Positions 13,711 to 25,899 of a stretch of DNA of 64,000 bases are shown here, piece by piece (position 1 is the first letter of the stretch; each line of letters begins with the position of its first letter). Position numbers and translations under genes: made by a program. The stretch covers positions 372,001-436,000 of the forward strand of contig LSRY02000005.1 of NCBI GenBank assembly GCA_001643675.2. The letters run 5' to 3'. Source of the stretch: Monocercomonoides exilis PA203 (Eukaryota > Protista > Preaxostyla). The notes below the pieces were generated by a model, which was given only the letters and a program-made list of their open reading frames with translations, was not told where the DNA came from and searched no databases.

Positions 13711-15013
13711 ATATAATTATACTGGGTCAGATCAATTTTGCCCACCTTTCTTAAATATTGCCAAATAAAAAAATAAAAAAAAAAAATAAAATAAAATAAA
13801 AAAAAAAATAAAATAAAAAAAAAAAAATAAAATAAAATAAAATAAAATAAAATAAAAAATAAAAAAGAACAGACTCAATAAGCAAAAATAAACAAAACTT
13901 GGGTCTAACAGTCTTCAAATTGATCTTTTTCCTTTTCTTTGATATGGGTGATTTTTTTTGACATCATAAAAAAAGATCAAAAATCGAAAAAATAAAATCT
14001 ATTGTGGTATTTATTGATCAAAGAATATAAATGATTTTTTGCAAGTATTTTGCTTTTATTTCTGTCATATATATTTGGAAAATTTATAAGAACAAAAAAA
14101 CATACCTTTTTTCATTAATAAGAATTTTTTGATCAAGTTAAATAAAAATGATACAAAAATATAATGACAAATATCATAACTTGTTGAAAAAAATAATATA
14201 TTTAAAATTAAATAGAGAGATATAAATATAGAAAATTAGTTTATTCTAAATTGTATGCAATGTGTTTTATATTTATGAAGCTGAAACTTCATCTCCAAAT
14301 TCCTGCTCCAGTTGTTCATTTCTTCGACTTTATTAAACGTTAGCAGAGATAGTGGATAATCTGATAAAGCTGAGTTCAACAGCTGGCTTTTCCTCATCGC
14401 TTTGAACAAAATGCTGACCATCAATGGAATTGATGCTGACGTCTATGGAAGAGAAGGACAGATCCCATGTGAAACCGTTGAATACACCTTTAATGGCTTC
14501 ATTTCCTTCCTCAGTTCAACATTTGTTCCCACTTAAACACTCACACTCAGCTCCGATGGTACAAAAATCACTTATAACAATGAATTTTTTCTGATTTCCT
14601 CATAGTTTCTTCCTTTTTCTAAATTTCTCATTTTCCATTTCATAGAAAAATTCATGAGTTTTCATCGACTTAACTAATTGGTGCATGTTCCATCACTTGC
14701 TTTTAAAAACCCTTGACATCCACTCAAAAACTTATATCTCTTTTATATTTCCTCTCCCATTTCATGTTCAGCGACTTTTTGAAGGCACACGATGTTGTGA
14801 AATCTCTCGAAAACTATCCCTGCAACTGTTTGTTCAAAGAAAAATTTCCCCGCCTCGTTCTTTCTGTTTCCTCAAATTCTTTCAATCTCAAAATGAAAAA
14901 GTCAGAATCGATTTTCTTGTTGATTTCGTGCCTTCTGATCAGCTTTTCTTGGTTTAATATAGTTCTCTCATTTTCATATAACTTCAGCTGGCATTCTATG
15001 TTAGAATAAATAA

Positions 15014-16858
15014 TTATCTGTGCTTCCGAAAAGAAATGAAAGATAAGAAACGATATCGAATTTGAGGGGAGTTGAATGAAAGAGAAGGAGATGAAGATAG
15101 AGCAGTAAGTGAGAGTAGAGAAAGAGAGTCAGGAGCTGCAGGACTAGCAGAAGATGAAAGTTTAGCGTGGTATTGCTGCGAGGGAGATAAAGAAGTTCTG
15201 ATGGAAGGAGAAGATTGTTGTTGGATGTTCATAAACATGAACGAATTGAAAAGTGAAGAAGTGCAGTTAGAGAGAGGATGAAGAGAAATATTTTCATTTG
15301 CGTCAAATTCTGCAGCTGAATCAAAAGACGAAACCAAATTTTGAGCAGAATATTTTTGCATCAGATCCATCGCCATTGAATTCTGCAAAGTGGAGAAAGA
15401 TACCAATTTTGAGAACGACAGCGCATCTCTTCTCCCAGGCACGTTGTTCTGACTGAATGTTCTTGTTCCTTTCTCTTGAAACAGCATAGGCGATCCTTTC
15501 CCTGCTCCTTTCCTTCCCTTCCTGTGTATCACTTCTGCTTCCTCTTTGTACGGACACCAGCTCCGCCACTTCATCACTCTTCCTCTTCTAAGCTCAGCCC
15601 TGATCTGCCTCAGCTCGCTCATTAGCGCACTCATCAGATTCAACCGCTTTCTTGTCTGCCTTGCATCGACTGCTGCATACGCAGGAACTTTCTCCATTTT
15701 CCTGCGCTCCCGCTCTTCTTTCTTCTTCCGCCTCCTCTCTTTCTCTTCTTTCTTCTCCTTTTTCTTCTTTTGAATTTCCTGCAGTTTCATCAGCCGAAGC
15801 AGTTTTTCTCTCTGATCATCAGATTCCAATGAATAAAACGTAGTTTTTGCCTCTTCATCGTCTACTTATCCTTTCTCGTTCTGAAATTTATCAAATATCG
15901 CCCTTGTCACTTCTTTGTTGAAATTCTTCGTTCCCATAACACCCAACGTAACCCCTTCTCCCCCTCCTCCTCCAACAGCAGGTGACAGCGGCGTTGTAGG
16001 TGCACCAACAGCCCCTCTCCCCATCTCCATCCTCCGTCCATTCGCTTCCCTCGCGTAAAGTGTATCGTTTCAAAGGCGCCTCTTCCTGAAGAATATTGTT
16101 TAGGCCGCGGAGAAGGTGATGGTGTTGTGTTCTGTTGCTGCTGTTTTTGTTGTGATTGCGATGAAAGAGGCTCTGGTTTTGGCTCATTATTATTCGTTTC
16201 GCCTTTTTTGTTGTTTTGAACAGATTCTTTTGCGTTTGTATTCTTATCTGATTCTGTTTGACAGTCTTTCTTTTGAAGCAGCTTCTTTGGGGTTGTTCAT
16301 TGAATCCTCTAAAACCACTTCTTTATCATCATCTTTCGTGCTATCTTCATATCCTTTCTCTTCTTCCTTATTTCCATTTGCATTCACAGAATTATTCCAA
16401 TCTTTCTCTTCTTTTCTGTCTTCTTTGCTATCTCCCTCACTTTTAGAAGCATCCACACTCATTCCTGGTCTTTTTAGAGACTCGTCAATCGGCGCTGGAG
16501 AAAGCAGCAAGTTTGGTCTGACCATCAAAAGCACCTCATTCACAACAGAATCACGTTGAAGCTCAAGCGCCTGGTAATACCTTCGCATCAACCTCTGTTT
16601 CTCTCTCTGTTTGTGCCTCTTCTCTCTTCGCTCTACTTCATCACTGATGATGAAGCTGTCGGAAAGGCATTCACTATCTTCATTTTTCTTCGGTTCCTTC
16701 AAAGAATCTTTTCTAATCAATGATAAACTCTCGTTTTCTTCTGCTTTGACATTATTTTCTTTTTCATCATCATTGTAATCTCTATCATTTTCAGGCTTCA
16801 ATACCTTCCTCATCTTAATCAGTTCTCTTATCCTTCTTTCTTCTCTTCTCTCATTCAT
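15014..16858 (-). pseudogene. Unidentified charged, low-complexity gene fragments (cargo)
   Basis: Broken minus-strand ORFs 16244-16858 and 15014-15829, K/E/R/S-rich, with no recognisable domain. Confidence 0.35.
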
Positions 16859-17151
16859 TCATTCTCTCTTTCGCTCTCTCTCTTTCTCTCTTCCTTTTCT
16901 CCAGATTCTTCGCTTACCGCTCCACCATCCGAAACTCTGCAAACAGCGGCAGCGCCTCAAACACATCTGGTGGGAGAATGAAATATTGTCTTTTCCTTCT
17001 TCATTTTAGCTGTTGCTTCATCCTTTTTATCTGCTGGTCTTCTTATGTCATGAATTTGTTTCAAAAAAATCGACGCGAAGAGGAAAAAGTAGAAGCTGAA
17101 GAAGAAGAAAAAGAAGAAGATGAAGAAGAAGAAGAAAGAGAAGAAGGAGAG

Positions 17152-17301
17152 GAAGAAGAAGAAGAAGAAGAAGAAGAAGAAGAAGAAGAAGAAGAAGAAG
17201 AAGAAGAAGAAGAAGAAGAAGAAGAAGAAGAATAAGAAGAAATGGAAGAAGAAAGAGAAGGAGAAGAAGAAGAAATAGAAGAAGAAGAAGAAGAAGAAGA
17301 A
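17152..17301 (+). repeat. (GAA)n microsatellite
   Basis: Long pure GAA run at about 17152-17231 with a degenerate continuation. Confidence 0.9.
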
Positions 17302-17362
17302 GTTGCAGCAATCGCTTTATCAGCCCCATTTCCCTCTCTTAAATCACTCCTATTCTTGTCTC

Positions 17363-19616
17363 TCATTCTGCTGTCTGCAATCGAATCGAGCCAAACGGAG
17401 CCATAGACGACACCTCCTGTTCGATCTCATACGTTCTTTTAAACAGCTTCTCATCCCTCTTTTCGTTTCTGTGTATTTCCGGAAACAGCTGGCCACACAA
17501 CTGCAATGACATTGTTTTGCATGTGTGAATCAACAGCGGCTTCTTGTAATGTGCCCGCGTATTCATCTTGCTGTTCACCAAACGTTGCAGCTGCTTTGCC
17601 ACCTGCTTGAAAAAGAGCACTGAGTCGCTTCGGACAGCAACCAACGACCGGTAAATGTGATGCTTTGCTAGGGACGTTGAATGGCTGATCAGTGCCATCG
17701 AACTCGTTGCCAGGTCAACAGGCAGCAGTAGCGTTGGAATCGATGAATGTATCTCCACCAGTGCCAAGGGCAGCTTCACGAGGGAGGAGGCAGTGACAGT
17801 GAAGGAATGGAGTGCGCTGTTGCTGATGGGGTTCACACCATTCAGTTTTCTGTACAACATGCTGGTGTGTGTGGTGTCGAAGAAGCTCATCTTTGCGTGG
17901 AAAAGCTTTGAGAACACTTCTGTCTTGATGGCATGGGCAGACTGCATCCGGAAGCGGGTGGTGATCAAATTCACAAGAATCTCGCCGAGCGACAAGAATA
18001 ATTTCATGATGATGTGGATAAAGAATAAGAAACTTGACGAAAGATTGAAACGGCTCAGAAAGGAGAACAGAAACATTTTCTTCTTCTGCTTCTTCTGCTT
18101 TTTGTGCTTGAAGGAGTTTTTCTGAAGTGAATTTTTTGATGTTCTTGTTTTTGAATTGTCACTATTTTTGTGATTGTTTTCTTGAGATGATGGTGGTGGT
18201 GATGACATAACTGAATCATTCAATGTTTTGTTCAAAATTCATTTTTCTTTTCTTCTCATCCTCCCCTCTCTTTTCTCCTCCAAGTCCATTGAGTATCCTG
18301 TTCATCTGCTCCATCTGTGCATCCTTCGCAGTCCACGTGTTGAGCACAGCGCTCTTCCCATTCTGAGCAACGTTACTCAGCACAATCGCCAGCAGCGCCA
18401 AGAACAGCAGGAAAAACGACGCATGCTTGAAATACCACAAAACAGAGGAGAGAGAGACAGAATCAGCCTCCATGTCGAAGGACTCCTTCAGATGCCCCAG
18501 TTCAGAGGGAGAAGGAGAAGGAGAAGGAGAGGAGGAAGAGGAAGAGGAAGAGAATGAGGATGAGGAAGAAGAGGATGGAGAAGGAGAAAGAGAAATCGGA
18601 GTTTGAATGATTGAAGAAGAAGAAGAAGAAGATAAATGTGAAGGTGAATGTGAAATGCGTGAAATGGGTGGAGAAAGTGAAGTGTTTGAGTGAGTCAAGT
18701 TGAATGGAGAAGAAGAAGAAGAAGATGATGATGATGGAGAAGGAATGTCATTTGCATCTTTAATCTTCTTCTCACAATTGTTTTCAAAATTATCTCCCAA
18801 TGTTTTTCTTTCTCTTTCACCTTCCTTCTTCTCTTCTTCCTCTCCTCCTCCTCCTTCCTTCTCCTCCTTCACCATCACCCCCATCTCCTTCACAATCCCC
18901 TTAAACTCCTCTGCCCTGCCTATCTTTCTGATCCTCCCGTCCTCTTCCATCGCGATGGCCGTGTCAAAATAAGGCAGATATTTCGTGTGATGTGTCGCTA
19001 ACAAGACGGTCTTCCCTTTCAGCAGCTGGCTGATGCATTTGATGACCAGCGCTTGTCCCACATGAGCATCGACACTCGCCAAAATGTCATCCAACAGAAA
19101 CACCTCAGCCGATGAATAGACTGCCCTCGCCAGAGCTATCCTCACACACTGCCCGCCCGACAGGTTGTATCCTCTTTTGCCCACTTCTGCTTCGTCTCCG
19201 CCAGGAAGAATGTCCAAGTTTTGTTCCAGACAACATGCTTGAATGACACGAGCGTAGCGGACGGGGTCAAAGGGAGTGTGGAAGAGGATGTGGATTTGAT
19301 AATGTCGTTGAAGATGAAGGGAATCTGAGTTGAAAATGATAGATGAATGGGCATACGATGAATAATATAAGAATGAGGGAAAAAATCGGTTCAGAAAAAG
19401 AAATGGTGGATAAAATGTTTATCAGTTATAAAGAAATTTAAAAAAAATAACAAAAAAAATCATCTATTTTCATTTTTATTCATCTTTACTTACACACCTG
19501 AGGACATAAGCCACCTTTCCCCTCAAACAACCTTTCCCTTCCAAACAGATTGTCTCTCCCAGAATGGACGCTAGCAGCGCTGACTTGCCACAGTCAACAG
19601 GGCCGAAGAGGATTGT
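17363..19616 (-). pseudogene. ABCC/MRP-type ABC transporter fragment (NBD1 plus start of TMD2), cargo
   Basis: Degenerate Walker A LFGPVDCGKS; VAYV; intron 19325-19497; LPGGDEAEVGKRGYNLSGGQCVRIALARAVY; Walker B FLLDDILASVDAHVG; later AKMSFFDTT. Frameshifted and truncated at both ends. Confidence 0.85.
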
Positions 19617-19664
19617 GTGGGAATGTCTTGGGAGGGAGAGGAGGAAGGAGGTGTAATAGATGAA

Positions 19665-20080
19665 GAAAAAGACAAAATATGCTTATTTTCGAATAAATTG
19701 AGAAAAATTTATATTCTGTTGCTTCTAACGAGAAGCAGTGAAGTAGAAACCAGCATTATTTATATCAAATGGAAGAGAAGTGAATTGGGCGTATCTTTTG
19801 AAGTATATAACAGAAGAAGTAGTAAATTACGATATGAATTATATATTATGCAGTTTCCTCAATAAACGAAGGTTTTCAAAAGATAATCAAATTTTATTTT
19901 TCTTGTTATAAACCCATTTCAAATTTCGTATTTTTTGTTGATCTGCAATTTGCAGAAATGATAATTTTTTGATTGTAAATGGTACAAATGATATAAAGAA
20001 GAGATCCATATATGCAAAAACGATTTCTGCAAATTGCCAAATAATTACAATCTTTTATTGATCGAAAAGATCAACTTGAG
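19665..20080. repeat. Left internal inverted arm of the giant element
   Basis: CCCATTTCAAATTTC...TTGATCTGCAATTTGCAGAAATG (19913-19960) is the reverse complement of about 25498-25546. Degenerate similarity extends outward to about 19665/25805. Confidence 0.75.
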
Positions 20081-20663
20081 CAATTTTCAGAAAGAATATT
20101 TTATGAAACATTAATTAAATAAAAAATTTTTAATTTTAAATTTTCAATCGATGAAATAAATTTTATTTGTTTTTTATTTGTCAACATTGAAAAAAGAACT
20201 TTTTGGAAAAAAATTTTTCAATAATTTTAAATATAACTGTTCAAAATATTTCCATTTATTCTTTTGCTGTGAAATTTTTTATTAACAAATGAATAATGAA
20301 TTTTAACAATATTTTAGTTGTGATAGAGATGCTAATTTCTTGTTATTGAATATTTTTAATCATTTTTTTAAAAGAATTATTTTTTTATTGTTTAATGTTG
20401 ATGTTTTTTCCTGATGATGTGGAAAAGGAGATAAAAATCATGTTAGTTTTGAACTTTCGGAAATTTTCAGAAGGATAATTTTGAATAATATTAATTCATT
20501 TTTGGAAGCTCTTTGTATTTTTTTATTTGCCAATTTTTCTTGGAATGAACACAAATCTTAAAAAAAATTTAGAAAAATTAATAAAAAAGTATTATAAATT
20601 CAAACAACAGCATATGAATCTCTAATATCATCAAACCATAATTAGAAAATTTTTTCAATAAAA

Positions 20664-23022
20664 ATGTCTTTTTCAAAACCTCAATCAACTCTTAATTCTC
20701 GATGCAAAGTTTTATGGAACGAAATAAAACGAATTGGTGGAGATGACGTTGATTCATTGCTTGTCTATCTCTTTTGCAACTATAGGCAATCATCTTCAGT
20801 AATTAATGATTTACTGAAGTCTTTGAATGGTTTGGCTTTAATTTTATGGATTGAGTGAAACATGTCATTTCAACTCTCTGTTAATTTTTCTTTCTTTATT
20901 ATTTGTTTATTATTTATTAATTTAAAACAGAATATCACATAAAGCTACTGGAAGACCTGTCTGTGGTGTACAATAACGCTCCATTGCACACTCAGACAAC
21001 ATTGCTGCAGGCGTTGTCTCGAAACACATTATTATCCGATTTTCAAAACTATGGATATGATGTGACAGAAGGAAAATTTATTTACGCGAAGCAAACGCTC
21101 AAAAAGAACCAAGGATTAATCATTCAGCCTCAAAAACCTCATCTTCCGTCTTGCAAAAGTGGTTTGTTTTTATTTGATTTTTTTTGAATAATTTTCTCTG
21201 TATTTTAAGGCTTAAATGAACAGGACTGGGAAAAGGGCAACAACTGGATGTTAGCCCATTCAACTGAAGCCTCAACTTCGCTTCAGTCAGCAAAGAAAAA
21301 GCAGCGAGCTGAGCCTGACTGTGCGAGATTTATTGACGAAGCAGCGTGGGATGAAGAAATCATCACAGAAAATTCATCTCAAAGAAAAAAACAATCTTCT
21401 TTTCCTTCAATATCATCTCTGCAAAACAAAAAATCAAATGTCGTTACAGAAAAAAATTCTTCTTCAACAAATTCTTCTCCATCTCAAGCTGTTGATGCTC
21501 CAATCAGTGCTCCAATTAGGAGAGAAAGGGGTTCAACAAAAAGAAAAACAAATAAATCACAACATAGACGTTGTTCGTCTCCTTCACCAATTCCAATTCA
21601 CAAATTATTCAAAGCAAAACTTTCGAAATCTTCATCATCCTCCTCATCATCCTCATCCTCTTCATCTTTCAAAAAGAAACAAAAAGAAAATAAAAATTCT
21701 TTTTCTATTGAAGAATCTTCAACTGCCTTTTTCAACGATGATGTGTGGGTGAGTGATCAATTAATTGAATATGCCACTTCACCGACTCTAATTCCACCAC
21801 AAGCATTTCAAAATCTTCTTTCATCATTTTCAAAAGAGAACAACACTTATTCGTCTCAACATAACACACCTGCCGATGAGAATGTTATTTCGCATCATGA
21901 AAATACTGCACAGATCACGATGAATAACAATCAAACAGATTTTCCTCATTCAAATTCTTCTCCTTTTTCATCTACCTCTTCAAAAATTATATCATCAGAT
22001 TCTTCTTCATCAACATCAATAAAAGGATTAATAAATTTAGGAAACACATGCTATCTTTCATCTCTTCTTCAATGCTTCTCTTCGATAACCTCACAAAAAC
22101 CATTCTTATTTAAAAAGCAAACAGCAATAAAAACAATGTCTTCTCGTGTTTTAAGTGTTTGTCAGCAACTTGCCAAAGATGGTTCATCAGTGCGTTCGTG
22201 GGCTCCATCACTGATCAACAAATGGGAAACATTTTGCGGATACAGCAGCAGGCAGCAACAGAATGTGACAGAAGCATTTGAAAATCTTCATCAACTTCTT
22301 CAAGATAATAAGATATTTGAAAAGGATACCTTCAATCCAGTGCTCATTACTCATTTCAAATGTCAAAAATGTCAAAAAGTCTCTAATCATTTTAATGAAT
22401 CTTGTTGCAGTGTTATCATCAATACATCATCACCTCACAAAGGTTTATCTTCACTTTTTGCAACAGAAATTTTGGATGGAAAAAACAATGTTTATTGTAA
22501 TGAATGCAAAGAGAAATGCTGTGCTGCTAGATGGGAGGAAATGGTTGCATTTCCAGAGGTTCTAGCCATCTGTCACGAATGCACTGAAACTGCTTGCTCT
22601 GCACCTTCAAAAACCTTCGTCATGGAAACCGATAGAGTGAATCAGCGTTCGTTTTGCAAAGGGTTTTCAAATGATAATTTTCAACATCTCCTGGAGAACA
22701 ATAAAGAAGTGTATTTTTATCATTTTGTTGGGCAAATTCTTCATAAACAGTTGGATCAAAGAAATGGCCATTATATCGCTGTCATCAAAAGAAATAGAGG
22801 AAACGATGTCTCATGGAATATTTGCAACGATGCTGATGTGACAGAGCTGAACATCGAAAATAGGACAAAGGCATGGAAGGATCTTTACGAACAAGGTTAC
22901 ACTCCATCACTCTCATTCTATACCAAAGAAAAAACAAAACCAACGTTTTCAACAATTCAATTTGGTGGTTCCTCTTTTTCTTTATCTTCTGAACCATCAA
23001 GCATTAACACTTCAAACATCAT

Positions 23023-23097
<75 letters not shown>

Positions 23098-24463
23098 GTT
23101 CATCACACCACCTCATCGACCAACTTCCATTCCTCCACTCTCTTCATCAATAACATCAAGCTACGGATTGGAAGCATTAAAGGAAAGAAGAAAGAAAACG
23201 GGCATCTTTTCTCCGAATGAAAAGAGATTAATCTTCAAGCCCAAAACCAAATTGTTGAAAGAGTTTTCAGAAGAAACGAATATCAAAGTATCTCTTTCCC
23301 ATTTCAACAAGCTGACAACCAACTTCTCGAAAGCAAAAAGACGAACCGACCTTTGTGGAATGTACGAGAAGTTGGACTATTTGGAAAATAAATTGAAATC
23401 TTCTCAAAACAAAAATGGACTTTCTCCTACAGAGTTTCATACACTCAAACTTCTTCGACAACATCGACTTGTTGCAGAAATGCAACGAAAACATTATCAA
23501 TCAACTGTTGATAATTTGAAAGAGGGAGAAGCAGTCTTCGTCTTCGACTTTAAAGAAAAATGGAAACTCCCTATCAGAAAAGATCAACTTCAACAAGAAT
23601 TCTTCAACTATCAACAGGTTTCTCAGTTCACAATCATCTCTCTTCATAGAATTAATAATCAAAAAATAAAACGAACATTCAACTTCTTCTCCGACTGCCT
23701 TTCAAATGATCACAGATTTGTTATTGAGTGTCTGGAATCTGTGATCAAAAGACACTTCTTCTCAGACACTCACACTTTTTAGTTCTTCTGCGATTCAGGT
23801 CCACACAACCGAAATCGCTTCCTTCTTCACTTCATCCTCTCCAAACAATCAAAACTTCTCAAAAAGAAAAACATTCAACTCAACGTCTTCGCTGAGCATC
23901 ATGGAAAAAATATCTGTGATAGTGAATTTGGTGCGTTAGTGAATGCAATCGACAACAATCTTTCGACAGAACACATCACCACACTTCATGACTTGATCAA
24001 CTTCTTCGAAAACAATATGAACACTTCGACATCAGCTTCTTCAACTTCACAATTGAACAACATTTCAACATCATCATCAAACTCTTCATCATCTTCAACA
24101 TCTGTCAATGACTCTGTGCATGAGAGGAACTTTGAAGAATATGCACCATCTCAACAAATCTAGTGGCCATCATTGTCTGTTCCACACATGAAGGACTACT
24201 TGTATTTTGAGCGCAAGGGCTCATTTGTCTGTGCTTCGGCTGTTGGATATCTTCCTCAACGCTCTCTGGTTGCCCTCGAATCTTCGACAATGAAAGAAAA
24301 AGTTCAACGAACAAGAAAGTCATTTCACTCTGGTAATGCATCATCAAACTCTTCTCTTCTTTCTCAATCTTCTCAAAATCTTCTTTCAAGGAGATTTGAG
24401 CTTCTTCTTGACTCTTCTTCTATTAATGAATCTCAAAGTTGTTCTTTTGGTGTCCCCTATTAA
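20664..24463 (+). pseudogene. Sola2-like DDD transposase with an in-frame USP (peptidase C19) domain; decayed
   Basis: Introns 20830-20930 and 21162-21209 splice in frame. USP: GLINLGNTCYLSSLLQC, QQNVTEAF, CQKC/CNEC, GHYIAVIK, WNICNDA. Transposase: TDLCGMYE, FVFDFKE (D at 23546), FSDCLSNDH, FCDSGPHNRN (D at 23792), FAEHHGKNICDSEFG (D at 23918). In-frame TAG at 23780 and 24161. Confidence 0.8.
23024..23097 (+). repeat. (TCA)n microsatellite encoding the poly-Ser linker after the USP domain
   Basis: Pure TCA run within the ORF. Confidence 0.9.
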
Positions 24464-24467
24464 GAAA

Positions 24468-24605
24468 CTAGTTGTTGTGCATGCTTAGCCGGTACTCTAT
24501 CGGAAGGGTGCTGGACATGACTGTTCGTATTTGATATTGCAGCCTTCGGGCTGCTTTATCCGGACCTGGATACGACGAACAGCCTCCCCGGTGCACAATA
24601 GTTAG
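24468..24605 (+). ncRNA. Putative structured RNA element just after the transposase stop codon
   Basis: 14-bp closing helix 24468-24481/24592-24605 with three G-U pairs. Inner helices CCGG/CCGG and CTGTTCGT/ACGAACAG. Apical GCAGCC-TTCG-GGCTGC. GC-rich island in AT-rich DNA. Confidence 0.45.
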
Positions 24606-25379
24606 AATCCGATTGTTTTCTTGTGGTTTTTGTCCCCATAATGTTCCTATTTTCACTTGGTAATAGTCCCGAATTTTTATGTATATATCGAGATTCATTA
24701 ATAAAGAGAGTTGTGAGGGAATTCATTGATCTTTGGGTGAGATTTTTGGAAGGGAGAGTTGTTGAGAGTGTGAAGTGATGTTTTGTCATTGTGTCTGTCT
24801 TTTTTCTTTGTTGGATTTGTTCTTTTTGAGTTTGGACAAGAGAAATATCAGAAAGTGTAGAGTGGATGGAAAACAGAGGGAAAATAGACTCGTTTGTTTT
24901 TGAACTTTTTATACAAGTATTCTTTTTTGTTTGGAATTGTCTTTGATACCACAAATTTGCTGAAATAGTATAGATTTTTTATTTATCTTTTATTGTTCAA
25001 AATTGTTGACGTTTTGTTGATATTTGGTGATTGTTTTATGATTATGTGATAGAATTATGTTTTTTGGAAAGTTGATGAATCTGATAAGAAAATTTCTGAT
25101 TGTTTTCAATTTTTTTTATGATTAATATCATGAAGAACTTTTTGTTTTTTTATGTCATATTGATTGGTGTTCGACTGTTATTTTTTAACGTATTTTTTTC
25201 ATTCCATTGATCTTTTTTCCATTTCGAAAAAAAACTCAAATTCGAATATACAAGCATTTTTCTCCTTGAAATCATTTTTATTTCTTCCACATTGCAATGT
25301 CATATAAAGAAAACCAACAAACTCAAAAAAATTCATCATGAATTTTTCTCAACAGATCAACAAAAAAATTTTTTTGCTT

Positions 25380-25805
25380 TAAAAAAGATCTCAATGATCA
25401 TGAAAACTTTTTATAACGTGGAAATTTGCAGAAATCGTTATTAACCTCATTAAATACTTCATCAACATATAAATATTATCTTGATATATCAAAAAAGCAT
25501 TTCTGCAAATTGCAGATCAATAAAAATATTGAAATTTGAAATGGGATTATAATGAAGAAAAAGGTTTGAAATTTCGTGTTGATACTTTTTTTTCGAAATT
25601 TTTTGCAACTTATGAAAGACTCTATTTAATATTTCGAATGCTTTTTCTCTTTTCCTATTCGAAATTCTTTCACTATTATCCAACTGAATCCTGAGTAGAA
25701 TTTTGCTGTTTCCCGTTTCCAATGGAGTGAAAGCAAATTTTTCTATGTTTGTCCTTCAAGGTATTTTATTTATTTTTATTTTGAAATTTTATTTTCAAGT
25801 CTTTT
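25380..25805. repeat. Right internal inverted arm of the giant element
   Basis: Mirror of 19665-20080. Contains AATTTGCAGAAAT at 25423 and ATTTCTGCAAATT at 25499. Confidence 0.75.
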
Positions 25806-25899
25806 ATCTTCTTCTGTTTCTGTTTCATTAAATGCTGGATTTCCATCTTCCTCTTTCCCCATTTCAGGAATTCAAACAAAGAATTCTTCATTCTCTTCT

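Larger units (their letters stand above)
13369..13762. mobile_element. MITE with about 27-bp TIRs and an 8-bp TSD (possibly Merlin-type), carrying a tRNA-like sequence
   Basis: GGCATGATTTAAGAAAGGTGGACAAAA versus right-end reverse complement GGCAATATTTAAGAAAGGTGGGCAAAA. AAATAAAA on both sides (13361-13368 and 13763-13770); the TSD is A-rich, so weak evidence. Confidence 0.75.

Noticed and set aside
19985-20011. Possible internal ATAT-flanked end (…GAGATCC|ATAT) that would split the giant element
   Set aside because: Poor match to the GGGT[CG]AT terminus, and no mirror counterpart in the right arm.
24468-24605. Hammerhead, twister, SECIS, SRP RNA or omega-RNA assignment
   Set aside because: The required conserved cores are absent or only partly matched, and there is no TnpB/Fanzor/IscB ORF nearby.
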